A DNA stretch of 64,000 bases from an uncultured Fibrobacterota bacterium (GTDB lineage: Bacteria > Fibrobacterota > Chitinivibrionia > Chitinivibrionales > FEN-1185), in NCBI GenBank assembly GCA_963729895.1, contig CAVSQB010000020.1, positions 1 to 64,000 on the forward strand, in the 5' to 3' direction. The position numbers and the translations under genes were made by a program. The notes beneath the pieces are model-generated. The model was not told where the DNA came from and ran no database searches. It was given only the letters and a program-made list of their open reading frames with translations. Position 1 is the first letter of the stretch. Each line of letters opens with the position of its first letter. Below, piece by piece: positions 39,668-49,093 of the stretch.

Positions 39668-40573
39668 TCAGCTCCGATACCCAACCCTCTTCAAAAACCT
39701 CTCATCGTCGCGCCAACCTTTCTGCACTCGTATGTGGCAACGAATCGAGGCCGGCACTCCCGTCAGTTTCTGCAAGTCTTCCGCTGCGCGCGACTGGATT
39801 TTTCTGATGAGCTTTCCGCCGGCCCCAATGATAATGCCTTTCTGGCCGTCGGTTTCCACGTAGAGGGTGGCGTCAACGTGATGGCGGCCCGGCGATTCGC
39901 GGTAGTCGGTGACCTCCACGAATGTGGCGTGCGGCACTTCTTCCTTGGTGTGGTAAATGAGCTGCTTGCGGATGTATTCCGCGGCAAAAAACCTGGTGTT
40001 TGCGTCGGTCAAGTCGTCCGCAGGGAAGAACGCCGGGCCTTCGGGAACGAAGGGGTCGAGCAGCCGCAAAAATACGTCTTTGGCCTGCGGATCCTTCGCG
40101 ACAATTGCGGCATGCGGGACGCCGGCAAGCGCCGGATAGCGGCCGAAAAAGGCCTTTATCATGACGCCGGGATCGTCGCAGATGTCCTTTTTGTTAAACA
40201 GGATGACACACCGAGTTCTCGCACTTGTCACGATCCGCGACACGATATCCTCTTCTTCGCCGAACGGCCGTGCGAGGTCCACAAGGTAGCATACCACATC
40301 GGCATGGTCGGCGAGAGCGCCTGTACTTTCCCCGGTCATACGCTTGTTGAAGGCGTGTTTACCCAGGTGAATGCCGGGGGTGTCCACAAACACGAGCTGG
40401 AGGGCAGGTGCATTGTAGATGCCTTTGAGGTTCCTGCGCGTGGTTTGCGGCATGGTAGACACAATGGAAAGCTCCTCGCCGAGCACCGTGTTCATAAGGG
40501 TTGATTTACCGCAATTGGGTCGTCCCACGAGGGCGACGAAGGCGGAGCGGTTTTTGTTACCGGGATCGGTCAT
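39668..40573 (-). CDS. era: GTPase Era
   Basis: GRPNCGKST, PQTTR, DTPG and NKKD motifs, plus KH-domain QKGIIIG. Confidence 0.94.
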   Translation of the reverse strand: MTDPGNKNRSAFVALVGRPNCGKSTLMNTVLGEELSIVSTMPQTTRRNLKGIYNAPALQLVFVDTPGIHLGKHAFNKRMTGESTGALADHADVVCYLVDLARPFGEEEDIVSRIVTSARTRCVILFNKKDICDDPGVMIKAFFGRYPALAGVPHAAIVAKDPQAKDVFLRLLDPFVPEGPAFFPADDLTDANTRFFAAEYIRKQLIYHTKEEVPHATFVEVTDYRESPGRHHVDATLYVETDGQKGIIIGAGGKLIRKIQSRAAEDLQKLTGVPASIRCHIRVQKGWRDDERFLKRVGYRS

Positions 40574-40585
40574 GTGTACGGTTGA

Positions 40586-42118
40586 TTATCCTACCAGTTT
40601 CGGGGTGTTCGCATGAGTAAATCTGACGGCCGCTTTTTCCGCGGTCTGCACCCGGTGAATGTATTTCCGGAAGATTTCCGCGGCAATATAGCTCGAATGC
40701 ACGGTCCAGAACTGGTCGTGGACCGTCACCACGCCCACGGCGATGCGCTGTTTGGAATCGGCGGGATTGGAGGCGAACCCGACAAACCAGTCTATTTTGC
40801 CAAGCCGGTCCTCGTCGACGGTGCCGGTCTTCCCACCGTAGTCGATATTGTCGAAGCAGGCCGAATGTTTGATATACCTAAAAGAACTTCTCGCCGTCCC
40901 GTACTGAGCCACCCGCGACATCATGCCCTTGAGCAGGGCAGCCGTCGTCTCCCGGACGGGAACGCGCCACGTGCGCGGCGCGGCGCGGAAGACGACGCAC
41001 GAGTCGCCGCACGTCACGCTGTCCACGAAAAACGGCGCCGGCATCCTCCCGTTTTCCGAAACTCCTGCTGCAAGCATGGCGCCGAACAGCGGCGACATCC
41101 TGGTCTTCTGATTGAACCCCGAGGCGATTTCGGCCACGAGCAAGGCCGAGTCTTTGTCGCCGATGGCGGCGAAGGGTTTTTCATTGTCAAGTTCAAACGG
41201 GATCTGGCAGTTAAATCCGAACTTGCCCATGTATTCGCGGAGAATCGAAGGCCCCAAGACATACACCCCGATCCTTCCGAAAACGGGATTGATGGAATAG
41301 GCGTACGCATCCTGCAGCGACACCGGCTCGTATGCCGCAAGGTCTTCCTTGAGTTGGAATCTGTAAAGCGTGTATCGGCGCCCCGCAAGCGGCAACTTAC
41401 TTTCCGGGTTCATGTTGCCTTTTTCGATGGCGGCCGAGGCCGTGATTGTTTTAAATACGGAGGCCGTCGGGAACAGGCTCCGTGCAAACAGGTTGTCGCC
41501 GAGGGACGGTTCCGAATCGCGGCTGTACGACACAAGCGCCAGCACCCTGCCCGTCTTTGCTTCCATTGCCACGAGCGCACCGTATTTGGGATGGTACTGT
41601 TTGAGCAATGCCCGCCCGCAGTGAATTATTGTCGTGTCGAAACTGTAGTGCAACAGGTAGGTCGCGCCGCCCGACACGATGGTGTCGCCAACACCTTTCA
41701 AGTTCGGGGCTTGTTTCTTGAGAAGGCCCGCAAGGTCTGCGGCGGACAAGGCGCCGCCCCGGAGCTCCGGCTCAAAAAGGCTCAATCTGCCCAGGAAGGA
41801 CGCCTGCGGCTTCGGCGCGGTCTCGGCTCGCGCGGGAGCCACGCGAGCTGCCGGCATGCGCGTCGGCAAAGCCTGCGTCTCATGCCTCGGCGGCTCGGGA
41901 AGCCTCATCTGTTGCGCAAGCAGTTTTTCCGGAGGTTCCCGGCTGCTGAAGATCTTTACAACGGCGACGAGCAGCAGGAAAACAAGAACGAAACGAATGC
42001 GGCCTTTTTTCGGAACACGGAGCCTGATCCCCAACCCGCCCGGCCCCCAGTCTGTTCCGGCACGCCCGACGCGTTTCATCATCGGGGATTCGGAAAGAAT
42101 GGTGCGCTGGTCGCTCAT
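40586..42118 (-). CDS. Penicillin-binding protein, transpeptidase domain with TM anchor
   Basis: SxxK (ASVFK), SxN (YSIN) and KTG (GKTGT) motifs. The start is uncertain. Confidence 0.85.
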   Translation of the reverse strand: MSDQRTILSESPMMKRVGRAGTDWGPGGLGIRLRVPKKGRIRFVLVFLLLVAVVKIFSSREPPEKLLAQQMRLPEPPRHETQALPTRMPAARVAPARAETAPKPQASFLGRLSLFEPELRGGALSAADLAGLLKKQAPNLKGVGDTIVSGGATYLLHYSFDTTIIHCGRALLKQYHPKYGALVAMEAKTGRVLALVSYSRDSEPSLGDNLFARSLFPTASVFKTITASAAIEKGNMNPESKLPLAGRRYTLYRFQLKEDLAAYEPVSLQDAYAYSINPVFGRIGVYVLGPSILREYMGKFGFNCQIPFELDNEKPFAAIGDKDSALLVAEIASGFNQKTRMSPLFGAMLAAGVSENGRMPAPFFVDSVTCGDSCVVFRAAPRTWRVPVRETTAALLKGMMSRVAQYGTARSSFRYIKHSACFDNIDYGGKTGTVDEDRLGKIDWFVGFASNPADSKQRIAVGVVTVHDQFWTVHSSYIAAEIFRKYIHRVQTAEKAAVRFTHANTPKLVG

Positions 42119-42242
42119 GGTCAAAAAATAATTTCAGAACGGTACGCAGAGGCGCGGTATTTGGCCGGTTCTCTCAGTAGCCTGCTCAGCGCTACCTGCA
42201 AAACCTTCCCGAATGCGGGACGATTGAGAGCCGGCGTGGTTG

Positions 42243-44558
42243 TCAAAACGTAATTGCCGTCTGCAACGTCACGTTGTTGTTCGGAATCAGGTTGTGGTTG
42301 ACGTCCCACTGGTACCCGAAGCGCGTGTCCAGGATAATGGAGGCGCCCGGCGTGATTGCGATACCGATCCGGTAGCCGTAGTAAAAAGACGGCGTGGGAT
42401 CGAAAAACGCGTCGTAGGAAATCTTTCCCGCGCTGTCGACGTTCATTACCGTCGACCCGATATCTCTCTTGTCAAGATAGATCTCGGCCTTGGTGATCTT
42501 GGGTATCCGCTTCAAAAGTGCATCGCCGAGGCCTCCGGCGATCTCGAAGCGCTGGTCTTTTTGATTATTCTTTCCCGTCAGGTACTGATAACTGCCGTTG
42601 ATAAGCACGACATTGACAATGTTGAACCCCAGCTGGCCAAACGCGCCGTCGAGATCCCTGTCCGCAACGCTCTGCGACTTTGTTTCCACAACCGGGTACC
42701 GCTGCAACTGCTCGTCAAGGTAGTATTCGTCAAAATAGCCGGGAATGAACCTTCCGCGGATGTGCCGGTACTCCACACCCGCATTCACCGGCCCGAGGCG
42801 CAGCGCAACGCCGGGCGCGCCGATGCCCCAGCCGGTCGGGGTCTTTTTGAACGCTGCCGTGTCTGCAACCACCGCGGCCTGTCCGTAGATATCGAGTCCG
42901 AGAAAATCCGTCTTGATGATGGGAAAGTCGATGTCGCCGGCGAACAGAGCATAGCGCGACGTGGAATCGCGATACGTTGTGTCCGACGCCGTGGTATCCG
43001 CGTCACCGCCCGCGATAAGAGCATTGACGACCGTGGGCGGGTACTTGCTGCGCCAGTATGCCACGCTGCGGGGATCGCTCGCCGACGACCACGAGCGCGC
43101 CGGTGCGTATTCGTTGAGGTCGACGCCGTAGGTGGCTCCAATTGACATAGTAGACAGAACCGGAACGCCCGAGGGTTTGAGGGGGCACAGGGCAAGTCGC
43201 GCCGCGACAATCCCGCCCTTGTACTTGAATTCAAGGAAGTCGGAAACCATGGTTTGGAGGGTAATGGCCACAGGCGACACGTTGTTGAGATTGAATTGCA
43301 TACCGAGCAGTTTCTGGTCCGGGTAGTGAAGCATGTTTGTAAACCGGTCTACCACAAAACCGTAGCCGAGCGTCACGCTCGAGAGTCCGCCTACCTTGAC
43401 AAACACGGGGTCGTTCTCGTATCCGAAGCGCAGGTACCGGATTTTGCGCATGAGCGACTCGGCCCAATCGTCGTGGTCGAAATTCCATCCTTTGTCGGAG
43501 AAGTCTCCATTGCCGTCGAGGAACAGCTCCAGGTCCAGGGCTATGCCGAATTTCCAAATCGATATGTCGGGCGAAATCGCAAGCCGCGACCATTGCTGGT
43601 TGTTAACCGTAACGCTGCCCGCCGAGAGCTCCCAGGTGATGCGCGGCGCGCCGTTGGCTTGTCCCTGAGGCTGTTCTTTCTTCTCCTGCCGGGCGGGCTG
43701 GATCGGTTTCTCCTCTTTCTTGGCGGGCGTGGCTGCGGCGGGCACGTCAGGCGCAGGGGTTTCTTCCTTTTTTGCCTGTGCTTCCGGCCCAGCGACAGCT
43801 TGCTTTTGAGGCAGTGCTGCGACCGGCTGAGCCGCCGCAGGCTGCGGGGACGCTTGAACGGCGGCAGGTGCGGGCTGCTGGGCGGCAGGCTGGGCCGCCT
43901 TTTGCGCCGTGTCTTTTGCCGCCTGCTTTGCCGTGTCCGGCACGGCGGACGCAGACGCCATGTCGAGCTTGACACCCGACCAGCTTTCCAGGGAAGCGAT
44001 CGCCTCGGGCGGGAGTTTTCCTTCTTTAAATGAGCCAAGAACGGGATCGTACGTGCAGAATGTACCCGGCAGAACCACGACGGACTCTCCTTTGGACGGT
44101 TCGATGCGCACCCTGCCGGCGAGGACAGCCGCAGTGGGTTCGCCCTGCCGTGTGAATTTGATGGACACCGCGGTTCCTACAGGGGTAAACGCGCACCCGT
44201 GCAGGACGGCCTTAACATTTGCGAGATCGGCGCCCGGGTCGCGCTTCAGGAACAATTGCCCTGCGTCGAGGTGCACTACAAGCGCGGTGTCGCTTCCGGC
44301 AAGATTGGCGCGCAATTCCCCTCGAAGCAGGACCACGCATCCCTTGCCGAGGAAAAGCTTCGCATGATACTGGTCGTCAAGGTAGAGCGAATCGCCCGCC
44401 TTGACTAACGCGCTGTCCTTTACCGCGGTCCAGCTTCCCTTGCTCTGCTGCCACACGAGGATGACGCCCGAATCAGGCTTGACGGTAAAGGTAATGGCGG
44501 ATGTGTTGGAAGCGAACAACAAACATGCCGCTATGCCGACAAGAATCCTGTACACCAT
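42243..44558 (-). CDS. FecR-like domain + Pro/Ala/Gln linker + predicted outer-membrane beta-barrel
   Basis: Signal peptide, FecR-like N-domain (GDSLY..AGQL..GT..VLAGRV), PAQ-rich linker, amphipathic beta-strands and a C-terminal Phe (LQTAITF). Confidence 0.7.
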   Translation of the reverse strand: MVYRILVGIAACLLFASNTSAITFTVKPDSGVILVWQQSKGSWTAVKDSALVKAGDSLYLDDQYHAKLFLGKGCVVLLRGELRANLAGSDTALVVHLDAGQLFLKRDPGADLANVKAVLHGCAFTPVGTAVSIKFTRQGEPTAAVLAGRVRIEPSKGESVVVLPGTFCTYDPVLGSFKEGKLPPEAIASLESWSGVKLDMASASAVPDTAKQAAKDTAQKAAQPAAQQPAPAAVQASPQPAAAQPVAALPQKQAVAGPEAQAKKEETPAPDVPAAATPAKKEEKPIQPARQEKKEQPQGQANGAPRITWELSAGSVTVNNQQWSRLAISPDISIWKFGIALDLELFLDGNGDFSDKGWNFDHDDWAESLMRKIRYLRFGYENDPVFVKVGGLSSVTLGYGFVVDRFTNMLHYPDQKLLGMQFNLNNVSPVAITLQTMVSDFLEFKYKGGIVAARLALCPLKPSGVPVLSTMSIGATYGVDLNEYAPARSWSSASDPRSVAYWRSKYPPTVVNALIAGGDADTTASDTTYRDSTSRYALFAGDIDFPIIKTDFLGLDIYGQAAVVADTAAFKKTPTGWGIGAPGVALRLGPVNAGVEYRHIRGRFIPGYFDEYYLDEQLQRYPVVETKSQSVADRDLDGAFGQLGFNIVNVVLINGSYQYLTGKNNQKDQRFEIAGGLGDALLKRIPKITKAEIYLDKRDIGSTVMNVDSAGKISYDAFFDPTPSFYYGYRIGIAITPGASIILDTRFGYQWDVNHNLIPNNNVTLQTAITF

Positions 44559-44601
44559 GGTTGGGCCTCCTTAAACGGATTGTGAGAGCAATGTTAGTGT
44601 G

Positions 44602-44631
44602 ATTTTACAATACTTTTGGATGATCCAGCAA
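44602..44631 (-). promoter_or_regulatory. Predicted sigma70 promoter for the FecR-barrel gene
   Basis: TTGCTG-N18-TAAAAT, followed by an AAGGAGG RBS before ATG 44558. Confidence 0.55.
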
Positions 44632-44656
44632 GGTAAAAGTCTTTCGAAATCCGAGA

Positions 44657-45961
44657 CGCATTGCCTCAAATTAAATGTAACCGAAGGCTTAATCGAAACA
44701 CGCACCAATTGATTCGTTGCCTCATAATTAAGGTAACCCAAGAAAAAAGGGGGTTACCACTATGGGGCACAAAGAAAAAGAAGCATATCGGGAAGCGATA
44801 CGACAACGATATGCCCATTCCAACAGAGCCGGCAAAAAGCAGATTCTCGATGAGTTTTGTGCGATTTGCCGATACAATCGCAAGTACGCTATCCGGCTAC
44901 TTGGAAAACGCAAACAGAAACAAAAAGCCAAGCGTGGAAGAAGACCCTTATATGCTGAACCGCTTTTTATTAAGGCGTTACAGTACATCTGGAAAGCCTC
45001 TGATTTCATGTGCTCTCGCCGCCTTAAGGTTGTCATTCCAGTATGGCTGCCATTCTACGAACAATCCTTTGAACTGCTTTCCGAGGAAGTCCGTGCGCGG
45101 CTCCTCTCTGTCAGCCGCTCCACGCTTGACCGCGTCCTATGCCCTTTACGTACGCGTATGGGCAAGGGATTGTGCGGCACCAAGCCCGGCTCCATGCTGC
45201 GCAATCAAATCCCCATCCGTACCGACAACTGGGATATTACCCAGCCTGGATTCATGGAGGCGGATACGGTTGCCCATTGCGGCACCAGCCTTGCCGGAGA
45301 ATTTGTGTGGAGCCTTATCATGACTGACATCCATACTGCTTGGACCGAAGGCCGTGCTGTGTGGAATAAGGGCTCCCAGGGTGTCATTGAGCAGGTTAAA
45401 GACATCGAACGACGAATACCTTTTGCCCTGCGTGGCTTTGACTGTGATAACGGGTCCGAGTTCCTCAACTATCATCTCGAACGCTACTTCGCCGTGCGAC
45501 AAGACCCTGTAAAGTTCACCCGGTCACGTCCCTACAAGAAAAACGACAACGCCCATGTCGAACAGAAAAACTGGGCGCAGGCCAGGCACATGCTTGGTTA
45601 TGATCGGATCGAAAACCCCGACACGCTTCCCCTCATTAACGACCTCTATGCCAACGAGTGGTCTCTCTATCAAAACCACTTCTGTCCATCGCTGAAACTC
45701 AAATCTAAAATCCGGATAGGATCTCGATACCGCAAGACCTATGAAGAACCGAAAACTCCCTATCAAAGAATCGTTGAATCACCTTACATAGCTTCAGAAG
45801 TCAAGCAAAGCCTTGAACTGACCCACCGTGCTCTCAATCCATTCCAATTAAAAAAGACTATCGAAAGAAAACTCAAAACCATTTTCAACCTTGTTACGGT
45901 TACCTCATTTGTGAGGCATCGAATCTGACCCTTCGGTTACCTTTTATTATGAGGCAACACG
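44657..45961 (+). mobile_element. Insertion sequence copy 2 (1305 bp)
   Basis: Same sequence as copy 1; TSD GAGA at 44653-44656 and 45962-45965. Confidence 0.95.
44762..45928 (+). CDS. DDE transposase, Rv2807/IS1604-like
   Basis: Translation is identical to 28829..29995. Confidence 0.88.
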   Translation: MGHKEKEAYREAIRQRYAHSNRAGKKQILDEFCAICRYNRKYAIRLLGKRKQKQKAKRGRRPLYAEPLFIKALQYIWKASDFMCSRRLKVVIPVWLPFYEQSFELLSEEVRARLLSVSRSTLDRVLCPLRTRMGKGLCGTKPGSMLRNQIPIRTDNWDITQPGFMEADTVAHCGTSLAGEFVWSLIMTDIHTAWTEGRAVWNKGSQGVIEQVKDIERRIPFALRGFDCDNGSEFLNYHLERYFAVRQDPVKFTRSRPYKKNDNAHVEQKNWAQARHMLGYDRIENPDTLPLINDLYANEWSLYQNHFCPSLKLKSKIRIGSRYRKTYEEPKTPYQRIVESPYIASEVKQSLELTHRALNPFQLKKTIERKLKTIFNLVTVTSFVRHRI

Positions 45962-46080
45962 GAGATCAGATGAAGGACCTCATCGCAATGATCCGGAGGA
46001 AGCGAGGGAACGTGATGTTATGGGGGTTTACAATTCCTTGGGGTGAAACTTATTGCGGCATGCGGAGTGAAGCGGCCGAC

Positions 46081-47169
46081 TCACGTTGTGGGCACAACGG
46101 AAATCTCTTCCAGCCAGGGCCTCATCTGTTCCCACGCTTCCTCGGCCGTCAGGGCGTTGAGACTTGCCTTCGGATCCACCCCTTTGGGCGCCGAACGGTC
46201 GCCCACGTTACGGGCGGTATAGAGTGGAAAGCCCGGCATGGGTTTTCGAATCACAAGATTTCTATCTCCAAAGGGACCGTTTCTTCTTTCATCGGTTGGG
46301 CCGAAAATCCCAGCCGTGGGAACGCCCATGCAGGCGGCCATGTGCATGATGCCCGAGTCGTTGCACAGGCAGCATGCGCATTGCGAAAGGAGCGCCGCGG
46401 TCTTGCGTATGGAAACCGGCTCCACCACATGCCCTTTTTCCTTCATGGCCGCGACAACGGCATGCTTGACGTCCGATTCATCGGCCGACCCGACAATAAG
46501 CGCTTCGGCGGACAACAGCCTGCACGCATTGTCGGCAAGCAGCGCAAACCGTTCGGCAGGCCACCGCTTGACGTCCATGCCGTGTTCCACGCTCGAACCG
46601 GGGTGAACGGCGATCCTTTTCGGGTTCACCGAGAGCGTTCCGCAAAACTCCCGCGCCCATTGCGCATCATTGCCGTCGAACTGCCGGGGAAAAACAACCG
46701 GTTCGTTCTCCAGGTTTTCGGACAGGAAGAAGCCCGCGAGACGGAGGTTCTGGCGGACATCGTGGAGCAGGGGATCAACCGGAACGCAATCGGTTCCAAT
46801 AAACGACATACTTGACAATCGCTTTTTCTCGTAACGAAAGCAGTACCGCCGCCGGACGCCGCAAAGAAGGGGAAGCGCAAAATACTGCCACGTGTTCGAT
46901 GGGAAGAAACACAGGCTCGCTCCAAAACGCACTCGCCGCAGTCGCAGCAGCGCCATCAGGGGACCGGCGATGCCGTCTTCCGATTTGTCCGGATCGAACG
47001 CGTCGATGCCGGCCCAGAGCCGGTCGTCTCCCGCAAGCGCAGCAATGCCCTGCCGCAACGCAAGCAGGCGAAGCTGTGCGTCCGGCCGCCGTCGCTTGAG
47101 GGCCGCAAACGCGGGGTAGCACATCAGGTAGTTGCCGATCCCGATGGGGCAGATGCAGAGTAGCTTCAT
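46081..47169 (-). CDS. Glycosyltransferase family 9 (heptosyltransferase-like)
   Basis: GIGNYLM, HPGS..KRW, NDSGIMHMA and FGPT motifs. Confidence 0.88.
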   Translation of the reverse strand: MKLLCICPIGIGNYLMCYPAFAALKRRRPDAQLRLLALRQGIAALAGDDRLWAGIDAFDPDKSEDGIAGPLMALLRLRRVRFGASLCFFPSNTWQYFALPLLCGVRRRYCFRYEKKRLSSMSFIGTDCVPVDPLLHDVRQNLRLAGFFLSENLENEPVVFPRQFDGNDAQWAREFCGTLSVNPKRIAVHPGSSVEHGMDVKRWPAERFALLADNACRLLSAEALIVGSADESDVKHAVVAAMKEKGHVVEPVSIRKTAALLSQCACCLCNDSGIMHMAACMGVPTAGIFGPTDERRNGPFGDRNLVIRKPMPGFPLYTARNVGDRSAPKGVDPKASLNALTAEEAWEQMRPWLEEISVVPTT

Positions 47170-47210
47170 CCTACGTTCCGGGTAAACTTCTCACCGCAAA
47201 GGCGCAAAGA

Positions 47211-48131
47211 TCAAATCGTTTCTTTGATTTGATACGTATTTTTGGGGGCCGCATGCGTTATCATCTCTCCGATAAGCCCGATGGATATGAACTGTATTCC
47301 CATAATAATCGCGCCCATTGACAAAATCACAAGCGGCCGGATATGCATTTGCCGTGTTACTATCCACTCCGCTCCGAAATAGGCAAGGACCCCGCCGCCA
47401 AGCGCGGCAAGCACCAGGCCGACCAGGCCGAAAAAGTGGAGCGGGTTCTTCATGTATTTTCGGAGAAACAACAGGGTGAGCAGGTCGAAGATACCTTTGA
47501 GCCCGCGGCCGAAACCGTACTTGGATTTGCCGAACTTGCGCGGATGGTGCGGCACCACCATTTCGGTTACGCGATACCCGTTCCACGCCGCAAGCACCGG
47601 CAGGTACCGGTGCCGCTCGCCGTAAATTTCAAGGCTCTTTGCCGCAGCCGCCCGGTATGCCTTGAACCCGCAGTTGAAGTCGTGCAGCTTGACTCCTGCG
47701 ACCAGCGATGTGACGACATTCCACACCTTTGAGGGCAGGGTCTTTGTGAGGGGGTCGTAGCGCTTCTTTTTCCATCCGTTCACCACATCGTAGCCGGTGT
47801 CAAGCAGCGTCACCATGTCGGGAATGGCGGCCGGATCGTCCTGCAGGTCGGCGTCCATGGTAACGATGATATCGCCGGCGGCCTTTTCGATGCCCACCGA
47901 GAGCGCGGCCGCCTTGCCGTAATTACGGCTGAACCGGACGGCTCGAACCTTTCCCCGGTACTGCGCGCTCAGCACAAGCAGCTCCTCGAACGAACCGTCG
48001 GTGCTGCCGTCATCCACAAATACCGCCTCGTAGGCGATACCGGCCCTCGAAAGCGCGGCATCAATCGACTCCACAAGCGGCCCCAAACTTTCCTTTTCGT
48101 TAAGCAACGGGACGACCACGGATAGCATCAT
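47211..48131 (-). CDS. GT2 polyprenol-phosphate glycosyltransferase (ArnC/GtrB/DPM1-like)
   Basis: VDDGSTD, RNYGK, MDADLQD and HDFNCGFKAY motifs; two C-terminal TMs. Confidence 0.9.
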   Translation of the reverse strand: MMLSVVVPLLNEKESLGPLVESIDAALSRAGIAYEAVFVDDGSTDGSFEELLVLSAQYRGKVRAVRFSRNYGKAAALSVGIEKAAGDIIVTMDADLQDDPAAIPDMVTLLDTGYDVVNGWKKKRYDPLTKTLPSKVWNVVTSLVAGVKLHDFNCGFKAYRAAAAKSLEIYGERHRYLPVLAAWNGYRVTEMVVPHHPRKFGKSKYGFGRGLKGIFDLLTLLFLRKYMKNPLHFFGLVGLVLAALGGGVLAYFGAEWIVTRQMHIRPLVILSMGAIIMGIQFISIGLIGEMITHAAPKNTYQIKETI

Positions 48132-49093
48132 GCTGATTTCCTTGATAAATGGAGTTTATTCATTACAAACAAGATTCCGCCGACCAGGCTGGCGGCGCTT
48201 CCCACGATGGATGCAAGAAACCCCATCACGATCGCGGCCTCCACCTTGAACCCAGCAAACGCAAACAACGTGCCGCCGACGCTTTCGCGGACGCCGAACG
48301 GCAGGGGCACCACCATCATCATGGCAAGAATGGGCACGAATATGAAGAAATAGTGGATATTGCCTGCAGAAAGCAGTCCGAGCGCACCTGCGCACATGAT
48401 GTGAACGCCGATGCGCATGAACTGGACCACCGTCGACAAAACCCCCACGGGAAGCAGAATGTGCACATCGTGGACTTCGATGATCGTTTCGTCAAGAATT
48501 CTCTTGAGCACGTCTTTCTTTTTCAACGGTATCCTGTCGATAAGGACATACGCGAACTCCTGCAGCTTTTTGGACATCAGGAACAGGAGCGCGCCGCCAA
48601 AGCAGAGAAACGCAACGAACAGCGCGACAACCGCGAGCGTCATGCTCCGGCTTTCCAGCGCCTTCTGCTTGATGAGCAGCACGCTGCCGAATATGGCATA
48701 CCCGAGCATGGCCCAGAGACCGGCAAACCGGTCGAGAAACGTGGCTGCAAAGCCGGCCTTGCCCTGTCCCTCGCCTACCTTGATATAAGCGACTTTCACC
48801 GCGTCTCCCGCAATGATGCCCAACGCAAAATTATTGAAGAACATGCCGATGAAATACAGCGAGAAGACCCGCACGAACGGTAGCGTTACTCCCCTGTTTT
48901 TGAGAATGATCTGCCACTGGAGCACGCCCAACCACCCGCTCACGAAGAACAGGACCAGCGCTCCCAGAAGCCACCACGGGTTTGCCTGGGCCAGCGTGCC
49001 AAGAATTTCCTTCCACCCAAGCCTCCATACAATTAAAACGAGCACGGCAACGGTCACGAGGATCTTGAGAACTGCCGATGCTATTCTGCGCAT
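48128..49093 (-). CDS. Lysylphosphatidylglycerol synthase TM-domain / flippase-like protein
   Basis: FFNNF..GD..K, DR and GVRE motifs; many TMs. Confidence 0.8.
   Translation of the reverse strand: MRRIASAVLKILVTVAVLVLIVWRLGWKEILGTLAQANPWWLLGALVLFFVSGWLGVLQWQIILKNRGVTLPFVRVFSLYFIGMFFNNFALGIIAGDAVKVAYIKVGEGQGKAGFAATFLDRFAGLWAMLGYAIFGSVLLIKQKALESRSMTLAVVALFVAFLCFGGALLFLMSKKLQEFAYVLIDRIPLKKKDVLKRILDETIIEVHDVHILLPVGVLSTVVQFMRIGVHIMCAGALGLLSAGNIHYFFIFVPILAMMMVVPLPFGVRESVGGTLFAFAGFKVEAAIVMGFLASIVGSAASLVGGILFVMNKLHLSRKSA

Noticed and set aside
40613..42253. Long antisense ORFs (this 546-aa one, also 3868..5556, 2533..3834, 31343..32608, 55954..57081)
   Set aside because: They are shadows of well-supported genes in GC-rich DNA and have no recognisable motifs.
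28724..45961. Composite transposon formed by the two direct IS copies around ~14.6 kb
   Set aside because: Each copy has its own complete TSD (ATCG vs GAGA), so the insertions are independent. The enclosed genes are housekeeping (def, era, yajC, tadA).
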